Below are positions 12,953 to 23,616 of a stretch of 64,000 nucleotides of DNA, piece after piece. Position 1 is the first letter of the stretch; each line of letters begins with the position of its first letter. Origin of the DNA: Patellaria atrata CBS 101060. Lineage: Eukaryota. Under the pieces are notes generated by a model. The model saw only the letters and a list, made by a program, of their open reading frames with translations, was not told the DNA's origin and ran no database searches. The position numbers and the translations under genes were made by a program. The stretch lies in contig MU006090.1 of assembly GCA_010093705.1 (NCBI GenBank), forward strand, positions 186,001-250,000. The letters run 5' to 3'.

Positions 12953-15900
12953 CAAGTCTGCAGTCCACACCCTCAAGACATGCAAATGCTGAATTGGTCC
13001 TGGTCGAGCTGCACCCTCTAAATTGGGCCAGACCACCATCTTTCTCCTTCCTTCTTCATCAACACTTACCACATACCACGCCAAAGTGGAGTTGGGAAGC
13101 CTCTCAACAGGAGAATAAACGAGCTTGACAACCTCTTTTGACAACCTCTTTCACCAACCATCAAAGACCCTTCAAGCACGATTATGGGCAATAATAATGA
13201 GATGCACACGATTGCAGCACTTCGAGCCACACCACCGTCTCACCCTCCTCAACCAGCAGAGCCAGTCAGCGAATACGATATAATCAGGCCGATCCTAGTA
13301 CGCCCAGCTGCTATTAACAGTTTACAGTATGGACAAGCCCAAAACTTCTGGTCGTCGATATGAAAAAGGATCCCGACTTTGCGCTACCAGATAAGATGCC
13401 GCTGAAGAGATCCATCTGAATCGCTTCCTTGTTTAAATTTAGCTTCTGCCACTTCATCAAAACCCATCCTTACTGTAGTTCTAATACAGGACCCCGAAGA
13501 TGTGGGATGACGCAAAATTCTTATTATCCATCAGCGCCTCTGTATCTTAAAGTCCGCGTATGAAAAATGGCGGAAGCAGAACCTTTTCCCAGCACTGTAC
13601 CCGACATTCGTGAGGATATGGTACGGTACTGACTGTAGAGTCAACGCGAGGAGAAGACTTTGCATGCGTTGCTTCTGATTCCAATACTACCCTCCCAGCC
13701 TCCACTTATCTTCCACGCGTCAAGCTCGCTCGGTATTGTGGGACTTTGGGAACCGGGAACAAACAAGTTCTCGTGCTACGCGTGTCTTCAGATTCAGCAT
13801 TCCTCTACCGTTGCTGGCGAACCGCGACATAGGTTGGAACACTGCATCGCCTCCGCAACGTTTCACTACTCCCGCATCTACTGGATCTTGCATCTTCATT
13901 ACTCAACCAAGTTAGCGAACTAGAGTCTCTGGGAACTCTTGTTCCCGATCCCGATGAGCCGCGTTAAGCACGTCGGAAGCGCTCCCTTGCTTCACATACT
14001 GTACAGTAGATGTATACTTTCCTTGGCTCTTTGCTTTTTGCTATCTTCAGTTCTTCAACTGCAGGTCGCCTCCACTTCACCACATCAGCAAATACTGTAT
14101 GTACCGTACTGCCTTGGTAGATTGTGTCCAGTACGGTACCCGCCATGACCTGACTCGGCACACCGTCATTCTCGCGCCACGCTCGCGCAATAGATACCTT
14201 AACTTGGCTTTGTGTTTACATATTCATCTCAACAATCTCTTCTCCCTTGCGGATCATCAAACGAGGTCGAACGACGCGTCGGAGGTGATGTCTCATCATG
14301 GCGTACTTGTACAAATACCGGCGCCTAAGATAATCTTGTGGATGGAAGCACACAACCGTACAGTACCACGGCGTTATATTGCTACACACAAACTGTGTGA
14401 TCATCTTGTCAAACTGATCCATTGGAACATTCCAATGGCGCAAAATAGCTCAAGGCAATTATCCAGAAATGCGAAATCGGTCACTACCTACCTTACTGTG
14501 ACACTGTCGGTCTGCACTCCTGCAGTGAAGTTTTTGCTAAGCGAGGGGAAAAAAGATCCAAACTCAGGGACTCCCGCCATCTGACCCAAATAGGAAGGTC
14601 TAGGAGATAATTAGACTGGAGAACATAGCCGACATTCTTTCTTTCAACCACATTATCGAAACCTTCAGTCCTTTAACCTTGGTGCGAACGCTTGATCTTC
14701 ATCTAAATGACCAATAGGATAGGATATACGAATATTTCGTCCTGGAGATCTATCGTCGGAGCTCAGGCCGCTCGGTGACTTTTGACATCAAATATCCCTC
14801 GCCCACTCAATTTCAACATCAGTTCATAACATTCTCGTCCGCTGATTTCTGTGAACCCCACGTGAATAGCCCTATCAGGTAACATCTCCTACCATTGAAA
14901 AGCCTCATTAGATTGTACCTTGAACATGAGGAGATATGGGCCGATACTCGAGGTATGCGTGATGTACTCCGTACCGTCTCTGTGTAATTGCAATTTGCTA
15001 ACTCTGAGGCAATTCTTCTACCCGATCTGTTTAGGGGTCCATTCTATAGCTGAAGCTTTTCCGTGACTATAGAATTCTCGTAGGGAAAACGCCTTACACC
15101 AAAATTACAGTACTCCCATCAGTAGTGTTCAACGCATCGTTCAATTCCACATTTCGCCGCAATTATCCTTCAGAAAGACGTGCAGTAAATTACGTGCTGT
15201 TGCCTGTTATTTCGAACCTATTGTATGCCAATAACTTCTTCTCCATGATTAGGAATACCTTTATGCTGTATCTCATTGCACTGTATACCCTTTACTAGAA
15301 TTTACTTCTTCCACTCATTTCCCCTCTACACCTTCAACGTACCCTTCCTCCGATGTCTGATCACATACTCCGTACTCTTTGCTCTAGACAATGTTTCGGA
15401 CATGTCTAGACATTCTTTGCCCTACCACACTAGGGCCCAGATCTCCTAGTATCACCTAGGGCTCCAGCTGGGGCCGTGAGCGCATCGACACCTCGCAGAA
15501 CTGAGAGACTTTTCTCTTCGTACAGGTTTACAAAGGAAACCTGCCCAGCCCACGCTTTGGGCAGCTCCGTAATGACAATAAATATGTTGTCCGCCTCAAC
15601 TGAAAAGCACCATCGAAGTGCGCCTACAAGAATGTGTGGTAAGGACGTTTCAACCATTAGTAATTGGTGTCAATGAGGCATCCGACTTAACGATAGATGC
15701 AAGGGATAGAAACCACCTACCGGACCGCTGACTAGACAGGAGCGTCGTGGATAAGAGCACAATTCAAAGTCGTCGACGGCTGTGTAAAATGATACCTGTT
15801 CTGTACGTTTCTTCGTATCTGATATACCACCTAATGCTAGTTCTCACGATGCTAAGGGTGGTGTCTTATGCAGGAAAAGTTTCTCCTAACCCCATGGAGA

Positions 15901-16849
15901 TGTCATCAAAATAGGGTAGAACGGGAGTATCAAAGTCTCGGCTCGTTATCGTTAGACTAGATGCCTTTCGGTAGCATCACTTTCAAATTTTTTTTTTTTT
16001 TTACTAGTCAGACAGGTAATCTATATTCGATACCGTAGCCTGGCAACTTACCCCCGTTGAGGCTTGTAACAGAAGTTTGTAACCGGTTGTAGGGCCTGTA
16101 CCAGTCTCACGGCTCTATCGACGACACTGATATTGCATTTTCAACCGATCATATCACAGTAGTGATCGACGCACCAAAACTAAATTTGCGATTGGGGACT
16201 CCTAGTACTCAAAGAATTGTTCCAAGGTAAAGGGAGTTCAACTTTTCATTATATCATATGGACAAGTGTTTACCATACAATTGTTCCAAAATTTCTCTGT
16301 ACGGTTTACAGTACGGGCGTATGGTCATCTCGATTCATTTCTCGTAAAGTCCTTTCCGGTATTGGTATATAAGAGCAAATCAAATTTCGCATTACTACAA
16401 CCGAGGAAGAGCTTGGTGTGCTATGCATGCACCCGTTAGCATTGTCATCAATCGATTGCCCTATGTTTCAGGTACAGCTCACGGGATGTCTCATTATAAG
16501 TCTGTCTTCAAGAGTATAGTACCGGATATTTGCTTGTAGAAAGTTCATCTAAGACCTAGGTGTAATATTCTCGTTCCTTTGTGATAATAAGCTATACCAA
16601 GCTAAGATTAACAAATAAGTAGCCATAGAATTGACACTGCTGGAGTTGGAATTTTCTGCCAGGGTGGACTAGAAGTGCGACTGGTATCAAGTCTCAGATA
16701 AGGCTAATGGGATCATATTCAAGCTCGGGTATATAATACATGTAAGCAATCAATCCCTTATTTTTGCATCCCTTTTCCTTTGCCAGAGTCATATTCAATT
16801 CACGTACCCCATAGGCCAAACCATTATCCCAATCCCAAAGATCACCTCT

Positions 16850-17893
16850 CTACTTCTTTCCACTCTTCCCCCCAGACTTCCTCCCCCGACTTTCCGACTC
16901 CTTTCCACGCCACCCCTTAGCCCTCTTTCTCGTCTCCCTCTCCCTCCTCCTCGCCTCCTTCTCCCTCTCCCGCTGCTCCACCCACTCCGCCACATCCACA
17001 ACATGCCCCTCCAACCCCTTATAATAAGTAAAGTCCTCGAGCGTACGTCCCCACTTCAACGCCGGAACGTCCAACCTCCCAGGGTCCAGGGTATCAAGCA
17101 CAACGCTCCTCACCACCCCGTTTGCAAACGGCACGAACGCTTCCTCCTGCGCCGCCACATCCGCCGGCCCCATCTCCGCAGAAAGCAACCCCATGTCCCG
17201 CGCGACGCGGACGACCATAGCGACTTTGTCAGCGACGCACGAGGAGAGACATCCGTACCACTCCCCCGCCGCCATCTCCTCCCCATCGTGTGTGTCCAGC
17301 GCCGTCTTGATCCCGGCGTACAGCCCCGTATTCGCGGCCGCCAACACGCTCCCCGTGGCCGTCTCGCCGCGCATCAGCAGCGCCAGTACCGAGACGTGGC
17401 GCGCGAAGAGTACTGAGGCGTCGATGCGCACGCGAACGTCCGCCCCGGTTTTGAAGACGAAGGCGGAGGCCGGGGAGGACGCGGAGAGGGAGAGAGATAC
17501 GGTGTGGCGGAGGCAGGCGCGCTCGAGGAAAGTTAGGGTACAGTTTTGTGACGTCTCGAGGGCGGAGATGGTGGTATCGGATGGAGACTCGTATAGCGCC
17601 AGAGGCGGGGGAGCAGCATCGGTTGGGGAGTCGGATGGTTTTGTTCCAGGGGAGACGGGGGGAGAGGGGGCGGCGCTGGTGGATCTGCTTGCGACGGTCC
17701 AGCGGATGGTGGTGAAGATGACTTCTCTGGCTTCAGAGTCGATTGAGGGCGTGCTGGAGGGTTTGCACGTATGTTTACGTGCGCTACGGGATGAGGATGC
17801 GTCTGAGGCCGTGGGACCGGGGATGCGGGTGATGTTTAGGAAAGTTAGGGTGTCGAAGAATGTGGGCTTTGGGGTAGTGGCTGAGGACGGCAT
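16850..17893 (-). CDS. Hypothetical protein, 347 aa, intronless, with basic/charged C-terminus
   Basis: Long GC-rich ORF with ATG in good context (CACAATGC). No recognisable domain. Confidence 0.65.
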   Translation of the reverse strand: MPSSATTPKPTFFDTLTFLNITRIPGPTASDASSSRSARKHTCKPSSTPSIDSEAREVIFTTIRWTVASRSTSAAPSPPVSPGTKPSDSPTDAAPPPLALYESPSDTTISALETSQNCTLTFLERACLRHTVSLSLSASSPASAFVFKTGADVRVRIDASVLFARHVSVLALLMRGETATGSVLAAANTGLYAGIKTALDTHDGEEMAAGEWYGCLSSCVADKVAMVVRVARDMGLLSAEMGPADVAAQEEAFVPFANGVVRSVVLDTLDPGRLDVPALKWGRTLEDFTYYKGLEGHVVDVAEWVEQREREKEARRRERETRKRAKGWRGKESESRGRKSGGKSGKK

Positions 17894-18391
17894 TGTGGTG
17901 CCGTTTATTGTGCTTTTGGTGTATGCTTTTGAGGTGTAAAGGAGCGTTAAGAGTGTGTTTTAAGTACCGTATCGATGCGTGATCGATGTGTTAGATAAGT
18001 TCAGTTGAAAGCTTGGAATTCTGCTTGAGAATGTGGATCTACAAAAAGTGGGACTGGACGTGAGGTATTATTTTATTTAGGACAATAAGTCGTCGTCACA
18101 ATACTCAGGAAACAATAAAACGCGAAATGGCGTTGTTCGGCTTTTGACCATCATGTGAGGAACATTGTATAGGGGCACGTGTATGGGTGGAAACGTGATG
18201 TCGTGTGAACCGTCACAAAGTGAATGTGTGAAATTTAACATTGTATATCCTGATATCGGATTGGAATTATCGATAATGCTGGAATCAAGGACAGAATACT
18301 GCCAGACGATACAACCCTTACTATCCCAGTGCAAGACAACATAACCTCCAGATGATGTAGAACCAAGGCACTCCTAACAAACAACACCTAC

Positions 18392-19493
18392 TCACTCACT
18401 CACCATAACATCACCCCTATTGATCCAACCCCCCCCCTCCAAATCCTCCACAACCCTCTCCAACACCCTCAACACCCTCAACATCCTTAACCTCACCTCA
18501 ATTCCCCCCCCCACCCANNNNNNNNNNNNNNNNNNNNNNNNNNNNNNNNNNNNNNNNNNNNNNNNNNNNNNNNNNNNNNNNNNNNNNNNNNNNNNNNNNN
18601 NNNNNNNNNNNNNNNNNCTTCTCCTCAACCCCTCAAAAACCCCCTCAAACCTGACCCTCACCCTCTCAGCCCTATCCATCCACCCTATTCCCTCAATTTC
18701 CTCCCCCAATTCCTCTTCCTCCTCAAGTCTAAGCCTCGACACCCCTCGTGCCCAACTCGCCATCGCGCTCCGGACTCGGCGGTGGAGTTTTCTTAACCGG
18801 ATCACCTTTGTTAGACTTAGGGGGGTGGGGTGGGGTGGGGGTCAGCGCCAGAAAACGGCGGGGTTCAGATGGTGCGGCATCGCGGTCCGTACCCTTATCC
18901 TTATCCTTCTCCGACATGGCGTCATACGGTCCCCTCGCATCCCTCACGCCAGATAATCCCGTACGAGCGGTACCGATCCAGGAGTCCTGCGCCGGTCCGG
19001 GAGGTGCGCCGTACACTCTCCCCGCCGCACCGAACCTCCCCAAGCACGGCGAAGAAGCAGGCGACGTATCCGTACTCCCCGCCCCAGCGTCTCTGGAATC
19101 GGACGAGGGCAGGCGGACGCAGGGCGAGGTGTCTGGGGTCGTGAAGCTGGAGGAGTGCGGGGAGGAGAGCGGGTACGGTGATGCGACTAGAGTTGGGCTC
19201 GCGAGGTTTGCGAGGGCTGAGGAGGGTGAGGGGCCGGTTGGAGCGTTGGGGTTTGAGTTTGAGTTTGAGTTTGAGTCTGTGAGTTGGGTTGGGAAGGGGT
19301 TGTTGGAGGATTGCGCGTTGAGGGCGTCGGTTCGTGTTCGTGATTTTGGTGAGGGTGAGGGTGCTTGGTGGGACGAGGCTGTGCGATCGTTTCATCCCAC
19401 TTCGATTTCGGGGGAAGAGGGGAGTGAGAGTTGCTCCTCACTGTCGATGGTGGCTGCGATGGATGAGTCGGGTGTGTTGGTGTTGTTGGACAT
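18392..19493 (-). CDS. Hypothetical S/P/T-rich protein; gene model ambiguous and spans a gap
   Basis: TATAAA lies about 85 bp upstream of ATG 19493 and composition looks coding. Donor GTATGA (18927) and branch GCTGAC can join the upstream frames to ORF 18805-18392. There is an in-frame TGA at 19394-19392. Confidence 0.35.
18518..18617. other. Assembly gap (100 N)
   Basis: Run of N inside C-rich low-complexity sequence. Confidence 1.
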
Positions 19494-20143
19494 ATTGTAG
19501 AGGGAGGCCGTGGTATGATTTCGAGGTGGGTTGTTGAGGTGGAGAGAGAAGTTGTTGGGTTTTGGTGAGCGGCGGTGTATTTATACGGGATTTATGTGGC
19601 GGGGTACTAGAGTAGAGTTGTGAATGTTAATGTGATTGAGGAGGAATTGGCGGCCACGTGAGCAGTGCGGGTGAGGGAAAAGGTGAGGGTAATCTGCGTC
19701 GTGTGAATGGACTATTTAAACATTGATGACTATCTTCTGTACCAGTAATGGTACTTCTAGCTTGCTGTACATCGATGTCGAGAAGGGTTTGAGCTGACCG
19801 TGCAAGAATATGTTGCACCAGAATCTGACAATATCCTTCAGTATGACTGTTGGAGGAAAAGCTCAAATGATTCTTGCGAGACCTTTTATATATTCCCTTG
19901 AGCGTACAAGTATACGAATGGAGAAATGTATACTCTAATAATGTTTCTCTACGATCAGCGGAACCTTCTTAACGATCATACTTTGAGATGTACTTGAAAA
20001 CAAAAAGTGAGATCGACTTAGGAATATCGGCTCTATCATAGGAATTCATACTTCCACCATAACACCAGCGTTATCGAACTCCATTCTCCTCATATCATTC
20101 GTTACGCTGGCTAACCATAACATTCAAATCAAAACAAGAGAAT

Positions 20144-21157
20144 TTACCGGCCCTGGGACCAAAGGCTATTGTTGCCTGATTTAGAGGTCTCCTCCAGAAC
20201 CTTCAACTCACCCTCTCCAATATCATATATAACGCCATGAAGCGTAAGGCCCCTTTCCCTCATCGCGTTCCCCACAACCGGCAAAGTCTGGAGTACCTCG
20301 AGCGAATTCCTGACATTGATCTCCGCCAGACGATTAGCCTTAGCAGCCGTGGACTCCAGCGCATCCAACTCCTTCTGATGCTTCCTCCTCAGCTCTCTCA
20401 TAGGATGCAACCACGTATTCAGCGTCTCCCCGAGATCCGCATCCCCTAAGGCGGCATTGGCTCCACCGCAAGAAGTATGCCCGCACACGACGATCCTCTG
20501 GACCTTGACGGCCCCGACACCATACTGGATGACGCTGCCGGCGCTGATATCATCGGCAGAGAGGATGTTCGCGATGTTGCGGTGCACGAAGATGTCTCCG
20601 GGCTTGCATTGGCAGATGGTCGTTTCAGGAACGCGGGAGTCGGCACAGCCAATCCAGAGGACTTCGGGAGACTGGCCGGTTGCGAGTTGCGGGAGGAAGT
20701 TGGGGGCTTCGGAGAAAGTTTTGGCTTTGTAGGATTGGTTGCCTGCTACGAGGCGGTGAAATGCATCTATTTGAAAAGAGAAAGGGGGCAATTGATTAGC
20801 TAACAATTTCTACAGTTGATGGCCAAGGTGTGTATGATTGAGGTGAGATGAAAATAAAGTTGTTTTCGTGGGGGAGAAATACTCGTTCCTTTCGCACTAG
20901 AACTAGTCCTGTGTACTAGCGGGAGAGTAGTAAGGTAGATATAGGACTGAAACGGTACTAAGGATAAATGTGCTTTAAAGGATGTATATAAGAGACTCAA
21001 CCTCCCACCATAGCGTCGTCGAATCCATTTATCACATTTTTCGAAAAGCACAGCATAGAAGAGACAACTGAGCATGACTTCTGGAATTCCTAAACAGAAG
21101 AAATGATGGGAAACCGTAAGCGTCACACACTGCTTACACACCTTGGATTGTAGACAT
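20144..21157 (-). CDS. Beta-class carbonic anhydrase; short exon 1 (21157-21142), about 375-nt intron, exon 2 (20766-20144)
   Basis: Zn ligand motifs WIGCADSRVPE and VCGHTSCGG, plus FVHRNIAN. ATGTCTACAATCCAAG|GTGTGT...GCTAAT...TAG|AT gives MSTIQDAFHRL (exon 1 is inferred). Confidence 0.92.
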
Positions 21158-22079
21158 GTTAAGCTTCGAGGAAATCTTCGACACGCTGCCCTATTGGACC
21201 GTCCGACCCTTCTCTGACCCTTCCCAGACCGCGCTATCACCTTTGTCGAGCCCCAGCTTTCCTTATACTACCCGCCTATTTTGCTTCTTGTATACGAGCT
21301 TCGTCGTGGGACTGGTGAGTAGGTCAATAACTCGAATTTAACAAAGGACCTTCCCTTTCTTGCAAAGAGGAATTTTATCTCTCGGATCCTTATCACCACA
21401 GCCCGGTCCTCTACGAGGGTTTTATACTCCATACCTTACCTTGCTCCCCCAGCGCATAATGGACCAGCCCTGTCGAGGGCGTCTTACTGGAACCCCGCCG
21501 TGCTACAGGCTTCGTACTCCCAGACCATGATACCATATCCCCTTACATCCTTATCTGCGCCGTGGCTGGAGCGAGTTACTCCGCGATTGGAATCCCTTAG
21601 GCTCCCTATACATGGAGAACTATGCCGCACAAAGAGTTCGAATTGTAAGCGGTGCGTGTAGCAGCCCTGCCTCAGACCGGCACGGACCCTTTCACGCTTC
21701 CAAGTCTTTCCACAGCAAAGTTGCCGTGTCAAATAGGACTGGGTCAGAGAAGAGATGGACTTTTATTTTTGCGATCGACCGATATAAAACGAAAGAAGAA
21801 GAAAAATCTTTTGTTTGGGCCCTTCCCCCATACTCTGAAAAACCAAGCCACGGCCAGTCCCCTTCCTGCCTCTTGTGAACACTGTATTACAGAGTTACGC
21901 TATATCAGAGCTAATTATCATGTGCCCCATTGCCGTAACTTCCATCTCATCGTAATCAAGTCTCCGCCCGATTAAGTCCTTGTACTCGTATGGAGTACAT
22001 CATTAGTAGTAGATGATTATACGCCTAGACCCCTTTCTCGTTCCCAGACGTTTCCTTCATTAATATCAACATTGCTCAT

Positions 22080-23616
22080 TCATTGCCAGCTCTCATCGTA
22101 CGGTTGGGGAGCGCCAGAAGTCGGTGTTGTGTACAAGCGCGAATCGTAACTGGGCATATTATATAGATTAAAAGGCGTACTCTGGGGCGTATAGACCGAC
22201 GACAACTGCGACGTTCCTGTATAGTTCCCTAAGTACATTGCCGGCATCTGTGTTCCCACGCTAGGAGATCGAGGTACGTATGCGTCAGTTATTTGTGCAC
22301 CGGGTAAGCTCATCGACGGCGAAAGTGAGACTCGTACGGATTGTGGTGATGCGTCAGCCATATGTGAACTTGATAAGCTCATCGGCGGTGGCATAGATGC
22401 TGACATGGGTTGCTGCTGCATTGGTTGCTGCTGCATGGATTGCTGCTGTATGGATTGTTGCATGGCAGTGAAAGCTCTAGGAGACCGATGTCCATGTGAG
22501 CCAGACATTTGTGAACCTGGTAAGCTTATTGGTGGTGGCATCGAGTCTGGGATGGATTGTGTCGCGGTTTGCTGCTGCATCGCAGCGAAAGCTCGCTTAC
22601 GTCCTCTGCTAAAGAAAATTATCAGTGTTACTTCATTCAAATCGCCAGAAAACATACCCCATCATGGCCCGAGGTTCTTTTCGCAAACGGAGACGAACAC
22701 CTTGATCCGAGAAAGCGCGTGAAAGATAGGTAGACTCCTCCAAACCCTTGAAGTCTTTTGCTGGTTGCACTTTCCACAGTTAGCTCATTATGTCATGATA
22801 TCGTCTGGTGATACTTACCAACGAACTTGTCGGATGTGATAGTACCCAAGCACGTCGCGTAGTTCTCCCTGCTTGGTGTTCGAGGTCTATCAATGTCAGT
22901 TGTGAGTTCAAAAAACCTACTGTTTAATTTGAAACTCACTTGCGTAGATCGTATAGACTGAAGTGGAGTCGATGAGTCCCAACAACCTTGCAGGACACAT
23001 CTCCGAAAACGAAGAATCCGCCATCTAGATATGAGAGAGTGCCAAAAACATGTCTCACCTCTAAGAACTCACCTGTATTATTCACATCCTTCAATCGATG
23101 AAGGGAGGATGTCAACCCCCCAGAAAGAGATTGTGATCGCGATGAACCACTGGCCTTGTAAGGCTCGTCCTTTTCAGGGTGCCATAGGGTACAGCACATG
23201 AACAGGTACGGGCTTTGAAGGAAGTGTCTATGATTGCGTTAGACCGTCTTTACCATCCTTGGTACTTGAGATATTTCTTAACTTACTGAGAAGGATCCAC
23301 GCCCGGCTTTACTTTAAGCTGAAGAATAGGAGGAGGGTCTACAGGTTTTCGAACTATCATGTCATCATGGTAAGTGATTGGATTGTAAGACAGATTGAGT
23401 TATGAGAGATGGGAATCTACATTTTTCCTTTCCGGTAACAGCTAGAAGAGCCTCCTTCGGATGCTGGCGTATGCTGAGTTCCACATCCTCGCTGTCGGGT
23501 TAAGTTAGTCGGTAATTACAGCATTACAGCATCTGAGCTTTGGAAACTGGTGCTTACCTGGACAACTCTCCAGCATTGTAGTGCGAAGCAGGAATTGGAA
23601 AGTGAGAGTGAAACAT
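22080..23616 (-). CDS. Velvet-domain regulator, VosA-type but divergent, 8 exons
   Basis: Spliced translation reads [72 protein letters not shown] and [30 protein letters not shown], followed by a Q/P/S/M-rich C-terminus. Confidence 0.9.

Noticed and set aside
14099..14584. 161-aa intergenic ORF
   Set aside because: No domain, splice logic or codon bias supports it; treated as chance.
20767..20830. Apparent non-AUG start (CACC-TTG-GCC) for the carbonic anhydrase
   Set aside because: A conventional ATG exon at 21157-21142 with a GTGTGT donor splices in frame, which is the simpler explanation.
2155..23616. LaeA-like methyltransferase and velvet gene as a linked velvet-complex locus
   Set aside because: They are 18 kb apart with unrelated genes between, and LaeA-like methyltransferases are a large family; nothing shows this one is LaeA.
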